From assembly GCA_021773635.1 (NCBI GenBank), contig JAJFJV010000005.1, forward strand, positions 7,645-71,644: a DNA stretch of 64,000 bases. Direction: 5' to 3'. Numbering within the stretch: the stretch's first letter is position 1; every line of letters starts with the position of its first letter. The position numbers were made by a program, and so were the translations under genes. The notes beneath the pieces are model-generated. The model was not told the DNA's origin and did no database searches. It was given only the letters and a program-made list of their open reading frames with translations. This document shows, in pieces, positions 39,048-49,006 of the stretch. Origin of the DNA: Gammaproteobacteria bacterium. Lineage in GTDB: Bacteria; Pseudomonadota; Gammaproteobacteria; HK1.

Positions 39048-40541
39048 TTAGCTGGCGGCTCCACAGTGCTCCAGAAAAAAGCGGGTCAGCAGGGGAACCG
39101 GGCGGCCGGTGGCACCTTTCTCGGCACCGGATTTCCACGCAGTACCGGCAATGTCCAGGTGTGCCCAGTGGGTGTCAGTGGTGAAGCGGGAAAGAAAGGC
39201 GGCGGCGGTAATGGCGCCACCATAGCGGCCGCCGATATTCGCCATGTCGGCAAAATTACTCTTTAGCTGGTCCTGATATTCGTCCCACAGGGGCAATTCC
39301 CATGCTCGATCCCGGCTGTAGTTGCCGGCCTTCAGCAAGTCCGCAACCAGGGGTGGATGGTTGCTGAACAATCCCGATGGATGGGCGCCCAGGGCCACCA
39401 TGCAGGCACCGGTCAGAGTCGCCACGTCGATTATCAGCTCGGGCTTGAAGCGTGCCGCGTAGCTCAGTGTATCGCACAGGATCAGACGACCTTCGGCATC
39501 GGTGTTGAGGATTTCCACGGTCTGGCCGGAAAGGGTGGTCACCACATCGCCCGGCTTGCTGGCATTGCCGTCGGGCAGATTTTCGGTTGCCGGAATGAGT
39601 GCCACCAGATTGAGCGGTAGTTCCATCTCGGCCACCGCTGCCATGGTGCCCAGCACCGCAGCCGCACCACACATATCAAACTTCATCTCATCCATGGCGG
39701 CGCCCGGTTTAAGGGAAATTCCGCCGGAGTCGAAGGTGACGCCCTTGCCTACCAGGGCCACGGGTTTCTGGTTGGCACGGGCGCCTTTGTATTGAATGAC
39801 GATGAGTTGCGGAGGTGTACGGCTACCTTGGGCCACCGACAACAGTGCGCCCATACCGAGCTTCTTCATTGCCGATTCATTCAGTGCGCGAACCGTTACA
39901 GACTTTTGGCTACGGGCAATTTTACGGGCCTCACTGAGCAGATATTTCGGGGTACAAATATTGGCGGGCAGATTGGCCAGATCGCGGGCGAGGGCCACGC
40001 CATTGGCGGTGGCCGTTGCCTGTGTGAGGGTTTTCCGGGCCCTGGCAAGTTCCTTGCGCTCCACCAGGATGCAGGCACGGCGCAGGCCGGGCCGCTTTGG
40101 CGCATCGCTTTTCAGGCGGTCGAATCGATACAGGGCAGCGTGTCCGAGACTTACCATCTGATTGAGTTTCCAGGCCGTGTCGCGCCCCTCCACTGCAAGC
40201 TCACCGAGCTGCAGAATGGCCTCGCGGGCACCGCTGTTAGCCAGTGCCTTAAAGGCGCACTGCAGCAATTTCCCGTAGGCCTGATCATTCAGTTTGTCTA
40301 TCGGGCCGGCACCCACCAGCAACAGGCGTTGGCAGGGAAGTCCCGGCACCGCGTGCAACATGAGACTCTGGCCGGGCAGGCCCGCAAGATCACCGCCTTT
40401 GATGATCTTGCTAAGGTAGCCATGTGTAGTTTTGTCGATGGCCGCCGTTGAGGCTGGCAGCTTGCCGTTCGCATACACGCCGAGTACCAGGCAGGGTGTC
40501 CGCGGTACGGCGGACGGGCGGCTTTTGATGCTAAATTCCAT
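39048..40541 (-). CDS. pepA: leucyl aminopeptidase (M17)
   Basis: The 497-aa ORF has VGKGVTFDSGGISLKP and the NTDAEGRLILCD metal-binding signature. Confidence 0.95.
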   Translation of the reverse strand: MEFSIKSRPSAVPRTPCLVLGVYANGKLPASTAAIDKTTHGYLSKIIKGGDLAGLPGQSLMLHAVPGLPCQRLLLVGAGPIDKLNDQAYGKLLQCAFKALANSGAREAILQLGELAVEGRDTAWKLNQMVSLGHAALYRFDRLKSDAPKRPGLRRACILVERKELARARKTLTQATATANGVALARDLANLPANICTPKYLLSEARKIARSQKSVTVRALNESAMKKLGMGALLSVAQGSRTPPQLIVIQYKGARANQKPVALVGKGVTFDSGGISLKPGAAMDEMKFDMCGAAAVLGTMAAVAEMELPLNLVALIPATENLPDGNASKPGDVVTTLSGQTVEILNTDAEGRLILCDTLSYAARFKPELIIDVATLTGACMVALGAHPSGLFSNHPPLVADLLKAGNYSRDRAWELPLWDEYQDQLKSNFADMANIGGRYGGAITAAAFLSRFTTDTHWAHLDIAGTAWKSGAEKGATGRPVPLLTRFFLEHCGAAS

Positions 40542-40627
40542 CTTTAGTCCTGGTGTTTTCGTGGCTGTTTGTGGCGGCGATTGCGGTAATCGCCAAGTGG
40601 ATTATTCGGGGTGTTCTAACGCCATGC

Positions 40628-40636
40628 TGTTACAAT
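40628..40636 (+). promoter_or_regulatory. candidate extended -10 promoter element (TGTTACAAT) for lptFG
   Basis: It matches the TGnTAnAAT pattern about 285 nt upstream of the lptF ATG, in the 381-bp pepA/lptF divergent region. Confidence 0.3.
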
Positions 40637-40684
40637 CTCAAACTCATATAAAGAACCCTGATCGCCGCCGCGCCAGAGTGTATT

Positions 40685-40698
40685 CCCTTGTACAAGGG
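40685..40698. promoter_or_regulatory. perfect 14-bp palindrome CCCTTGTACAAGGG
   Basis: The self-complementary 14-mer was read directly from the sequence. It lies in the pepA/lptF intergenic region. Confidence 0.3.
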
Positions 40699-40740
40699 CT
40701 GCCAAGCAAAGCGCCAAAGCAACCCATCACACAGGAGCCG

Positions 40741-40791
40741 CCAAGCGGGTACTGCTCTTGCGACATACAACATTCGTCTGCTCTCGCGCAT
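40741..40791 (+). repeat. two fragmentary copies of the structured repeat
   Basis: 40741-40767 (CCAAGCGggtacTGCTcttGCGACATA) matches the flanks of the 33-kb copy but lacks the hairpin core. 40771-40791 (CATTCGTCtGCTCtCGCGCAT) matches the left half of the 40.9-kb copy. Confidence 0.45.
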
Positions 40792-40878
40792 TTTATGCAG
40801 GGAAGCCGATCAAGGGCGGCCCTAGCGCTTCGCCACTTGGCCGCTCCCGGGCGTCCTGCCCAGGTGGCGTGTAGCATT

Positions 40879-40925
40879 CGTCGCTCCCGCGCATCCTTGC
40901 GCTCCACGACATAAGTACATCCATG
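40879..40925 (+). repeat. 47-nt structured intergenic repeat, copy 2; its last 3 nt are the lptF start codon
   Basis: CGTCGCTCCCGCGCATCCTTGCGCTCCACGACATAAGTACATCCATG. The inner stem is GCGCA/TGCGC here versus GCACA/TGTGC in copy 1, a compensatory G-C to A-T change. Confidence 0.6.
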
Positions 40926-42056
40926 TACAAAATTATTAGCCGTTATCTATTTCGTGAAGTGGCCTACGCCGTGGTGGCGGTGGGCAGCGTGCTGATACTC
41001 GTGTTTGTCAGCCATCGTCTGGTGCGCACCCTTGCCGAGGCGGCTCTGGGGCGGATTTCCAGTGACCTGGTGCTGCAATTGCTGTGGCTCAAGCTGGTGA
41101 GTAACCTGGGTTTTCTGCTGCCGCTGATTTTCTTTCTGGCCGTTATTCTCGCTTTGGGACGCTTGCATCGGGACTCGGAGATAACCGCCATTCGTGCCAG
41201 TGGTCTCGGCATGATGCGGCTGGTGCGGGTGGTGGGTGTACTGGGGGTGCTGTTCGCGGTGCCAGTTGCCGTGCTGACACTCTATTTTTCTCCCCAAGCC
41301 CGTACCACGGTGCAGGAGATCTACCTGCAGGCAAAGGATTCCCCCAGCCTGGGTGGCATCCAGGCGGGCCGCTTTACCGAGTTCGCCGATGGTGAGCGTG
41401 TGCTCTATGTGGAACGCGTAATTCCGGAAGAGGCCAGGATGGAGGGGGTTTTTGCCCAGGCCCGTGGAGCTGAGGGCAGTGAACGTATGGATGTGCTTTT
41501 TGCCCGGCGTGCGGCCCAGCGCGTGATGGAAAATGGCGACCGCTTTATGGTCATGGAGGACGGTTACCGCTATGGCGGTGAGCCCGGGGGCGTCGACTAC
41601 GTCATCACCCGCTTTGCCACCCACGGCTTGCGCATTGAGGAAGAGGCCGTGGGTAGCCTTCATCGCAAAATTTCTGGCTGGGCGAGCCATGAACTTGTGG
41701 GGACGGATAACCCCGCGCATCTCGCCGAGTTGCAGTGGCGGATCTCGCTACCGCTTGCGGTGGTGGTACTGGCAGTTCTCTCCGTACCGCTGTCACAAAG
41801 TGCACCGCGGCAGGGAAAATATGCCCGTTTCTTTACAGCGGTGGTGGTGTATTTTTGTTACACAAATCTGCTTGGTGTCGCCCGCAGTCTGGTGGAGCGG
41901 GGAGAGCTGAGTGCGACCGTTGGGCTCGGCTGGGTGCACCTGGCTTTTGCACTGGCAAGCTTCGGCCTGCTGTTCTATCACCGCGCCGGGCGGTGGCACT
42001 GGGCCATCTTGCGGCGGCGCTGGCATCGCACGGAGACTGATGAGGGCACCGCGTGA
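40923..42056 (+). CDS. lptF: LPS export ABC transporter permease LptF
   Basis: MYKIISRYLFREVAYAVVAVGSVLILVFVSHRLVRTL shows the YjgP/YjgQ family layout. It is followed by lptG with a 4-nt overlap. Confidence 0.9.
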   Translation: MYKIISRYLFREVAYAVVAVGSVLILVFVSHRLVRTLAEAALGRISSDLVLQLLWLKLVSNLGFLLPLIFFLAVILALGRLHRDSEITAIRASGLGMMRLVRVVGVLGVLFAVPVAVLTLYFSPQARTTVQEIYLQAKDSPSLGGIQAGRFTEFADGERVLYVERVIPEEARMEGVFAQARGAEGSERMDVLFARRAAQRVMENGDRFMVMEDGYRYGGEPGGVDYVITRFATHGLRIEEEAVGSLHRKISGWASHELVGTDNPAHLAELQWRISLPLAVVVLAVLSVPLSQSAPRQGKYARFFTAVVVYFCYTNLLGVARSLVERGELSATVGLGWVHLAFALASFGLLFYHRAGRWHWAILRRRWHRTETDEGTA

Positions 42057-43117
42057 GGCTGCTGGATCGCTACATCGGCAAGCAGGTACTCGCCAGCAGT
42101 TTACTGGTGCTGCTGGTGCTCGTCGGTCTGTTTACCTTTATCGATCTGGTGGACGACCTCGGTACCGTGGGCCGGGGAACTTATAGCCTGGGACAGGCTT
42201 TGGAGTACCAGTTGCTGCGTTTGCCCCGGCGCAGCTTTGACCTGTTTCCCCTGGCGGCCATGGTGGGCAGTGTCGTTGGACTGGGTAGTCTGGCGGCCAG
42301 CGGCGAACTGACGGTAATTCGCACCTCGGGGGTTTCCCTGGGACGCCTGCTGCTCGCCGTGCTCAAGGCCGCCGCTCTCATCATGTTGCTGGTGCTGGCC
42401 ATCGGCGAGCTGCTGGCGCCGATGAGTGAGCGGGTGGCTCAGCAGCGGCGTTCGCTGGCGATCACCGGGCAGATGGCCCTGCGTACCCAGAATGGCTTCT
42501 GGATCCGCGATGGTCTCAGCTTCATTCAGGTGCGCAAGCTGCTTTCCGGGGACGAGGTGGGTGACCTCTATATCTACGAGTTTGACAAGGATCGTCGCCT
42601 GCGGGTGGTAACCCGGGCTGAGCAGGCACATTTTAAAGACGGCAAGTGGTTATTGGAGGGCATCCTTCAAAGTCGCCTTGGCGATACCCGGGTGGAAGGG
42701 GCGGCGATCACCAGCGCGGCCTGGGACTCCCTGTTCGTTCCGGAACTGGTGGATGTGGTGACGGTAAAACCTGAAAGCCTCTCTGCCCTTGGCCTCTATC
42801 GCTACCTTGAATATTTGCGTGATAACGGACTCAGCACCGAGCGTTACGAGGTCGCTTTCTGGGGCAAGCTGGTCTACCCGCTGGCCACCGGGGTGATGAT
42901 ATTTCTCGGGGTGGCCATGGTGCTGGGTCAGCTTGGATCAGCCACCATGGGAACACGCATGTTGGTGGGTGCGATCGTGGGGATCGGCTTTCACACCCTG
43001 CATCAGACCTCGGTGCAGATGGGCGTGGTCTATGGCCTCAGCCCCTTTCTCTGCACCCTGACGCCGACCCTGCTGTTTCTGGGTGGAGGCTTGTGGATGC
43101 TGCGCGCTACGCGTTAG
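42053..43117 (+). CDS. lptG: LPS export ABC transporter permease LptG
   Basis: MRLLDRYIGKQVLASSLLVLLVLVGLFTFIDLVDDL shows the YjgP/YjgQ family layout. Confidence 0.9.
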   Translation: MRLLDRYIGKQVLASSLLVLLVLVGLFTFIDLVDDLGTVGRGTYSLGQALEYQLLRLPRRSFDLFPLAAMVGSVVGLGSLAASGELTVIRTSGVSLGRLLLAVLKAAALIMLLVLAIGELLAPMSERVAQQRRSLAITGQMALRTQNGFWIRDGLSFIQVRKLLSGDEVGDLYIYEFDKDRRLRVVTRAEQAHFKDGKWLLEGILQSRLGDTRVEGAAITSAAWDSLFVPELVDVVTVKPESLSALGLYRYLEYLRDNGLSTERYEVAFWGKLVYPLATGVMIFLGVAMVLGQLGSATMGTRMLVGAIVGIGFHTLHQTSVQMGVVYGLSPFLCTLTPTLLFLGGGLWMLRATR

Positions 43118-43551
43118 GCATCCGGTTTTTCCATCAGCACCAGTTCCGTTCCGGAATATCGATCGTGAATGGTGCGGTGTTGGGCATCAATAAAGGCCCA
43201 AAGAAAACCGAGCCCCCCCGCCAGGAGTCCAACGGTGGCGATGAGAAAACGGAAGCTGGCTTGCCGCCAGCTCAGCCGTTCCCCGTCCTGAGTCTGAATC
43301 CTGACCCGCCAGCAGCGCATCCCCGGCGTCTGGCCGATGCGTTTCCAGAACCACCCGTAATAGATGAAGGCCATGCCGAGGAGATAGAGGCTGTAGCCCG
43401 GGTGGCCGGCACGAATGGCGTTGCCGCCGGTAAAAAAAAGTAGCGGGACGGTGGCACAGAAGAGGATGGCGACGAGTAGCAGGGCGTCGTAGAACATCAC
43501 TGCCAGGTAACGCAGCGGGCCGGGTCGCCGGGGGCTTGCTACGTCCACCAC
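43114..43551 (-). CDS. RDD-family membrane protein
   Basis: The 145-aa ORF has RYLAVMFYDALLLVAILF, three TM-like segments and IHDRYSGTELV near the C-terminus. Confidence 0.65.
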   Translation of the reverse strand: MVDVASPRRPGPLRYLAVMFYDALLLVAILFCATVPLLFFTGGNAIRAGHPGYSLYLLGMAFIYYGWFWKRIGQTPGMRCWRVRIQTQDGERLSWRQASFRFLIATVGLLAGGLGFLWAFIDAQHRTIHDRYSGTELVLMEKPDA

Positions 43552-43559
43552 GGGGTAAC

Positions 43560-44126
43560 TCAGGCCTTGGGGAGGGTCACGCCCCGCTGTCCCTGGTATT
43601 TGCCACCACGATCCTTGTAGGAGGTTTCACAGGCTTCGTCGGACTGGAAGAACAGTACCTGAGCGACTCCTTCGTTGGCGTAGATCTTGGCTGGCAGCGG
43701 GGAGGTATTGGAGAATTCCAGGGTGACATGCCCCTCCCACTCCGGTTCCAGCGGGGTCACGTTAACAATGATGCCGCAGCGCGCATAGGTGGATTTCCCC
43801 AGGCACAGGGTGAGGATGTCGCGCGGGATGCGGAAATATTCCACGGTGCGCGCCAGGGCAAAGGAGTTGGGTGGAATGATGCACACATCGGACTGGATAT
43901 CGACGAAGCTGTTGGCATCAAAATTTTTCGGGTCCACCACCGCCGAGTTGATGTTGGTGAAGATCTTGAATTCATCGGCGCAACGTACATCGTAGCCATA
44001 GCTGGAGGTGCCATAGGAGATTACCCGGGCTCCATCCTGTTCCCGAACCTGACCCGGCTCAAAGGGTTCGATGAGGCCGTGTTTCTCGGCTGTTTCGCGG
44101 ATCCATCTATCTGATTTGATGCTCAT
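43560..44126 (-). CDS. dcd: dCTP deaminase
   Basis: [24 protein letters not shown]...SYGYDVRC...[26 protein letters not shown]. Confidence 0.95.
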   Translation of the reverse strand: MSIKSDRWIRETAEKHGLIEPFEPGQVREQDGARVISYGTSSYGYDVRCADEFKIFTNINSAVVDPKNFDANSFVDIQSDVCIIPPNSFALARTVEYFRIPRDILTLCLGKSTYARCGIIVNVTPLEPEWEGHVTLEFSNTSPLPAKIYANEGVAQVLFFQSDEACETSYKDRGGKYQGQRGVTLPKA

Positions 44127-44158
44127 GTAGGCCCCTGGGATTTGGCAAGCGTTTATTG

Positions 44159-45250
44159 CTAGGCGTTATCAATAACAATCTTGGGAAAGGCATGGGCATA
44201 GCTGCGCTGCCGTTGGGAGAGTTTGGCTGCCGCCCTGCGGGCAATGGAGCGAAACTCATCGGCGACCGGTGAGTCGGGCTCGGCTATTACGCTCGGGTTG
44301 CCGCCATCGGCGTATTCGCGGATGTGGATGTCCAGCGGTAGTTCACCGAGGAGTTCCACGCCGTTGTCCGCTGCCATACGCGCACCGCCGCCATGGCCGA
44401 AGATAGACTCTTCGTGGCCGCATTGGCTGCAGACGTGAGTGCTCATGTTTTCCACCAGGCCCAGCACCGGCACGTGCACCTTTTCAAACATACGCAGCCC
44501 CTTGAGGGCGTCGATGAGGGCGATGTCCTGGGGGGTGGTGACTATCACCGCGCCGCTGACCGGTACCCGCTGGGCCAGGGTCAACTGGATATCCCCAGTG
44601 CCCGGCGGCAGGTCGATAACCAGATAATCGAGATCTCGCCAGCGGGTCTCCCTTAGCAGTTGTTGCAGGGCTTGGGTGACCATCGGGCCACGCCATACCA
44701 TGGGGGTATCGTCATCCACGAGATAGCCGATGGACATGGACTGGATGCCATGACCCATCACCGGCTCCATGCTTTTGCCGTCGGTACTTTCCGGTTGGGC
44801 CTCTGTGCCCAGCATGCGGGGCTGACTGGGGCCATAAATGTCCGCGTCCAGCAGTCCAACCCGGGCGCCCTCGGCGGCCAGTGCCAGGGCGAGGTTAACC
44901 GCCACCGTGGACTTCCCCACACCCCCTTTGGCCGAGGCCACCGCGATGGTATTGCGTACGCCGGGAATTGGCTCGACACCATGCTGGGTGGTGTGGGCAG
45001 TGATTTTCCAGTCTGTCCGCACCTTGACGCTGTCCACCCCCGGCACTGCCGTGAGTAGCTCCCGGAGTTGCTGCTCCAGTTGTTCCGCGTAGCGCGCTGC
45101 GGGAAATCCGAGCTCCAGCGTCAGCTCTACGGCAGCGCCAGACACGCCAAGGTTCTTGAGCGCTCCGGCAGAAATCAGGTCAGTCTGCAGATTGGGCTCG
45201 GTCCAGCCGCGCAATACGGATTCGATTTCGGTTTTGGACGGGGAGGGCAT
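44159..45250 (-). CDS. apbC: Fe-S cluster carrier ATPase ApbC/Mrp
   Basis: It has the deviant Walker [19 protein letters not shown], the CxxC motif (HVCSQCGHE) and an N-terminal DUF59-like domain. The ATG at 45250 is chosen. Confidence 0.9.
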   Translation of the reverse strand: MPSPSKTEIESVLRGWTEPNLQTDLISAGALKNLGVSGAAVELTLELGFPAARYAEQLEQQLRELLTAVPGVDSVKVRTDWKITAHTTQHGVEPIPGVRNTIAVASAKGGVGKSTVAVNLALALAAEGARVGLLDADIYGPSQPRMLGTEAQPESTDGKSMEPVMGHGIQSMSIGYLVDDDTPMVWRGPMVTQALQQLLRETRWRDLDYLVIDLPPGTGDIQLTLAQRVPVSGAVIVTTPQDIALIDALKGLRMFEKVHVPVLGLVENMSTHVCSQCGHEESIFGHGGGARMAADNGVELLGELPLDIHIREYADGGNPSVIAEPDSPVADEFRSIARRAAAKLSQRQRSYAHAFPKIVIDNA

Positions 45251-45389
45251 GACATGCTCCGACAGAAAACTGGGTGCGAAATTGTACACAAAAAGACCTG
45301 CCGCCGGGTTGTCTGGCTGGCGCTAAGCGGTGGCTTTTAGGCGCGCAAACACGGAAAATCAGCCCCTTTCGATGCGGAAGCGACTCCCC

Positions 45390-47438
45390 ATGCCGGCAAC
45401 ACCCAGAACCATTCTTGTCACCAGCGCGCTGCCCTACGCCAACGGGCCGATTCATATCGGTCATCTGGTGGAATATCTGCAGACTGATATCTGGGTGCGC
45501 TTCCAGAAACTTCGCGGTCATAACTGTTGCTATGTCTGCGCCGATGATGCCCATGGCACCCCCATCATGCTGCGCGCCGATGCCGAGGGTATTTCTCCCG
45601 AAACCCTGCTGGAACGGGTATGGCAAGAGCATCGGGCTGATTTTGATGATTTCCACATCGAATTCGACAACTACCACACCACCCATTCCGAAGAGAATCG
45701 CGAGTACGCCAACCTCGTCTATGAGCGTCTGCGCGATGGCGGTCATATCGTACGGCGTACCATCTCCCAGGCTTATGACCCCGAGCGCGAGATGTTTCTG
45801 CCCGATCGTTTCATTCGTGGCGACTGCCCGCGTTGCGGAGCCGCGGACCAGTACGGGGATAGTTGTGAGGTGTGTGGTGCCACCTATGATCCGACCGAGT
45901 TGAAGAACCCCCGCTCGGTGCTTTCCGGGGCAACCCCCGTGGAGCGCGAGTCGGAACATTATTTCGTGCGTCTGGCCGATTTCACCAGTGATCTGGACGA
46001 GTGGCTGGCAGGCACGGACGGGGTGTCGCCGGTGCAGCCGGAGATCGCCAATAAATTGCAGGACTGGCTTTCCACCGGTCTCAAGGACTGGGATGTTTCC
46101 CGTGATGCCCCCTATTTTGGCTTCGAGATTCCGGATGCCCCGGGGAAATATTTCTACGTCTGGCTGGATGCCCCCATTGGCTACATGGCGAGCTTCAAAC
46201 AACTTTGCGAGCGTGAAGACAAGTTCGATTTCGATAGCTACTGGGGGCCAGACAGTGAGGCGGAGCTGTACCACTTCATCGGCAAGGACATTGCCTATTT
46301 TCATACCCTGTTCTGGCCGGCACAGCTGAAGGGTGCCGGTTTCCGCACACCTACTGCTGTGTTTTGCCACGGATTTCTTACCGTGGACGGGCAGAAGATG
46401 TCCAAGTCCCGTGGCACCTTTATCCGCGCCCGGACCTATCTTGAACATCTGAATCCCGAATACCTGCGTTACTACTTTGCCTGCAAGCTCGGCAATGGTA
46501 TTGACGACCTCGATCTCAATCTCGATGACTTTAGTCAGCGGGTGAATTCAGACCTGGTGGGCAAACTGGTCAATATCGCCTCCCGCTGTGCGGGTTTTAT
46601 CAACAAACGCTTCGACGGCCTGCTGAGTACTGAACTTGCAGAGCCTGAGCTTTATAGCCGTTTTATCTCCCGTGGGGAGCCCATTGCCGCGCTGTTCGAG
46701 GGTCGGGAGTTTGGCAAGGCGGTGCGCGAGATCATGGCCCTGGCGGATCGTGCCAACCAGTACATCGACGACAAGAAGCCTTGGGTGCTGGCCAAGTCGG
46801 GCGATCAGGAGGCCGAAGTCCAGGCGGTATGCAGCATGGGGATCAATCTGTTTCGCGTCTTGCTGCTTTACCTCAAGCCGGTGTTGCCCGCCATGGCGGC
46901 GCGTGCGGAGGACTTTCTGCAGGTGCCGGCTTTGGATTGGTCTCATCTGGAGACACCGCTGCTGGGTCATCGGGTTGGCCCTTTCAAGGCCCTGCTGGTG
47001 CGGGTGGAGGATGCTCAGGTGGAGGCTATGGTTGCGGCCTCCCGGGAAGAAATACCGGCAGAATCCACAGTGGCTGTCGCCACGGGCCCACTGGTGGATG
47101 AGCCTTTGGCGGAGGAGATCAGCTTTGCTGACTTTGCCAAAATTGACTTGCGGATCGCTCGTATAGTTACGGCGGAGGCGGTGGAGGGGGCGGATAAATT
47201 ATTGCGGCTCAGCCTCGACCTTGGCGGTGAAGATCGTACCGTACTGGCGGGCATCAAAAGCGCCTACGATCCTGCTGACCTCATTGGCCGGCACACGGTG
47301 ATGGTGGCCAATCTGGCACCACGCAAGATGCGTTTCGGTACCTCCGAGGGCATGGTGCTGGCGGCGGGCCCGGGAGGTGATGCGCTGTGGTTGCTGGCGC
47401 CGGACACCGGAGCCGAGCCGGGCATGCGGGTCAAGTAG
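45390..47438 (+). CDS. metG: methionine--tRNA ligase
   Basis: [16 protein letters not shown] (HIGH), the zinc knuckles [26 protein letters not shown], and a C-terminal tRNA-binding domain are present. An alternative ATG lies at 45372. Confidence 0.95.
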   Translation: MPATPRTILVTSALPYANGPIHIGHLVEYLQTDIWVRFQKLRGHNCCYVCADDAHGTPIMLRADAEGISPETLLERVWQEHRADFDDFHIEFDNYHTTHSEENREYANLVYERLRDGGHIVRRTISQAYDPEREMFLPDRFIRGDCPRCGAADQYGDSCEVCGATYDPTELKNPRSVLSGATPVERESEHYFVRLADFTSDLDEWLAGTDGVSPVQPEIANKLQDWLSTGLKDWDVSRDAPYFGFEIPDAPGKYFYVWLDAPIGYMASFKQLCEREDKFDFDSYWGPDSEAELYHFIGKDIAYFHTLFWPAQLKGAGFRTPTAVFCHGFLTVDGQKMSKSRGTFIRARTYLEHLNPEYLRYYFACKLGNGIDDLDLNLDDFSQRVNSDLVGKLVNIASRCAGFINKRFDGLLSTELAEPELYSRFISRGEPIAALFEGREFGKAVREIMALADRANQYIDDKKPWVLAKSGDQEAEVQAVCSMGINLFRVLLLYLKPVLPAMAARAEDFLQVPALDWSHLETPLLGHRVGPFKALLVRVEDAQVEAMVAASREEIPAESTVAVATGPLVDEPLAEEISFADFAKIDLRIARIVTAEAVEGADKLLRLSLDLGGEDRTVLAGIKSAYDPADLIGRHTVMVANLAPRKMRFGTSEGMVLAAGPGGDALWLLAPDTGAEPGMRVK

Positions 47439-47457
47439 CGCAGTCTGTCGCTTAGCT

Positions 47458-47934
47458 ATGAAAAGCCTGCTCCTTAGTTCGGAAGAACTCGAAGCGCTGT
47501 TACCCGATGGCCGGGACAGCGTGCCACCACCGCTGGCACAGGTTGATGAGGACTGGTGTATCGGCTGTGTCCGCTGCATCAAGGCCTGTCCGGTGGACGC
47601 GATCGTTGGTGCGCCACGCCAGATGCATGTGGTGTTGAAGGGTGAATGTATAGGCTGCGAACACTGTGTCTCTGCCTGTCCGGTGGACTGTATTGAGATG
47701 CTGCCGCGGGGTGGTAGTCAGGTGCCGGTAGTAGACGGGGCACGTCAGCGTTATCGGGCACGTAAACAGCGATTGCGGCGTGAGCAGGAAGCGCGACGGG
47801 CGCGACGTGGCAGAGTGGAACGTGATACCAGTTCGGTTGCGGCGCGCCAGGCGGCAGTGGCGGCGGCGCTCGACCGGGTCCGAGGCCGGCGCCAGAGCAG
47901 GCTCGGCCTATTCCCTGGAGACAGTGACTCTTGA
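47458..47934 (+). CDS. 2x[4Fe-4S] ferredoxin resembling the C-terminal half of RnfB/RsxB, with an Arg-rich tail
   Basis: It has two CxxCxxCxxxCP motifs ([24 protein letters not shown]). It lacks an RnfB N-terminal anchor. The tail is [24 protein letters not shown]. It overlaps the nth start by 4 nt. Confidence 0.75.
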   Translation: MKSLLLSSEELEALLPDGRDSVPPPLAQVDEDWCIGCVRCIKACPVDAIVGAPRQMHVVLKGECIGCEHCVSACPVDCIEMLPRGGSQVPVVDGARQRYRARKQRLRREQEARRARRGRVERDTSSVAARQAAVAAALDRVRGRRQSRLGLFPGDSDS

Positions 47935-48563
47935 AGCCGGCAGCACGAATAGAGTTTTTTTCCCGCTTGCGGGCGGCGGATCCGGAACCCGAATCGGAAC
48001 TGATCTACAAAACTCCCTTTGAATTACTGGTGGCGGTGATCCTGTCGGCTCAGGCCACTGACATCAGTGTCAACAAGGCCACCTCGGGACTCTACCGGGA
48101 GGCCAGTACACCCGCGGCGCTGCTGGCGCTGGGTGAGGATGGCCTGAAGGCGCACATTCGAACCATTGGTTTGTTTAACACCAAGGCGCGCAATATTTTG
48201 CGTACCTGTGAACTGCTGCTGGCGCATCACGATGGCGAGGTGCCGCGGGATCGCAAGGCGCTGGAAGCCCTGCCGGGAGTAGGGCGCAAGACTGCCAATG
48301 TGGTTCTCAATGTCGCCTTTGGTGAGCCCACCATGGCGGTGGATACGCACATCTTCAGGGTCTCCAACCGCACCGGGCTGGCGCCGGGAAAGAATGTTCG
48401 ACAGGTGGAGGACAAGTTACTCAAGGTGATTCCCAAGGAATTTCGCCTGCATGCCCACCACTGGCTGATCCTCCACGGGCGCTATGTCTGCGTTGCCCGC
48501 AAGCCGCGTTGTGGCGCCTGTCTGGTGGAGGATCTCTGCCGCTTCAAAGACAAGCCGGAATAG
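47931..48563 (+). CDS. nth: endonuclease III
   Basis: [22 protein letters not shown], the HhH-GPD element [13 protein letters not shown], and the C-terminal Fe-S cluster loop [17 protein letters not shown] are present. Confidence 0.95.
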   Translation: MKPAARIEFFSRLRAADPEPESELIYKTPFELLVAVILSAQATDISVNKATSGLYREASTPAALLALGEDGLKAHIRTIGLFNTKARNILRTCELLLAHHDGEVPRDRKALEALPGVGRKTANVVLNVAFGEPTMAVDTHIFRVSNRTGLAPGKNVRQVEDKLLKVIPKEFRLHAHHWLILHGRYVCVARKPRCGACLVEDLCRFKDKPE

Positions 48564-48568
48564 CCGCG

Positions 48569-49006
48569 ATGCTTTTTCAGAATGACCGCACCAGCATGCG
48601 CCGCTTCTTCTCCGAGGTCTGGAACAAGCATCAGCAGGAGACAACGCTGGAAGCCTTGGAGGTGCTGGTGGCTGGAGTGCTGGAAGAGCATCCGGAGTAT
48701 CACAAGGATCTATTCGGCGAAGCGGCGCTGGAGCGCGATTTTCATGGCGCGGTGGGGGAGTCCAACCCCTTCCTGCACGTGGGCATGCACATTGCCATCC
48801 GCGAACAATTACAGGCTGACCGCCCGGCCGGGATACGCATGGCTTACCAGAGTCTGCTTCCAAAGCATGGCGATGCCCACCACCTTGAGCACGCCATGAT
48901 GGAGTGTCTCGGGGCCTGTCTCTCCCGTGCCCAGACCCGCGGTGAAGCACCGGACGAAGCCCGTTATCTGGCTTGTGTCCGACGTCTCAGCGGAAGCGGC
49001 GGCTGA
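48569..49006 (+). CDS. DUF1841-family protein
   Basis: The ATG at 48569 gives MLFQNDRTSMRRFFSEVWNKH...HPEYH...NPFLHVGMHIAIREQ, the pattern I associate with DUF1841. Confidence 0.6.
   Translation: MLFQNDRTSMRRFFSEVWNKHQQETTLEALEVLVAGVLEEHPEYHKDLFGEAALERDFHGAVGESNPFLHVGMHIAIREQLQADRPAGIRMAYQSLLPKHGDAHHLEHAMMECLGACLSRAQTRGEAPDEARYLACVRRLSGSGG

Noticed and set aside
40432-40914. ORFs of 160 aa (plus strand) and 87 aa (40644-40907, minus strand) fill the pepA-lptF intergenic region.
   Set aside because: They have no start context or motifs, and their composition is Arg/Cys/Ala-rich. The region is better explained by repeat copies, palindromes and promoters.
45282-45294. TGTACA-containing motifs recur in regulatory regions: TTGTACACAAAAA here, TGTGTACAAA at 3468 and CCCTTGTACAAGGG at 40685. 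They were considered as a shared operator.
   Set aside because: The common core is only a 6-bp palindrome, expected dozens of times by chance in 64 kb. The flanks do not align convincingly.
45180-46448. A 422-aa ORF lies antisense to apbC/metG. Similar long antisense ORFs are 35999-37588 (529 aa, opposite valS), 59246-60331 (361 aa, opposite hslU), 22735-23688 (opposite dapA), 15975-16805 (opposite the TAXI receptor), 62510-63346 (opposite ubiB), 56018-56722 (opposite dapF), 40947-41720 (opposite lptF) and 17567-18310 (opposite gdhB).
   Set aside because: Each lies exactly opposite a confidently identified, full-length conserved gene. The translations are low-complexity (Arg/Gly/His/Pro/Ala-rich) with no recognisable motifs. 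Stop-free antisense frames are expected in GC-rich coding DNA.
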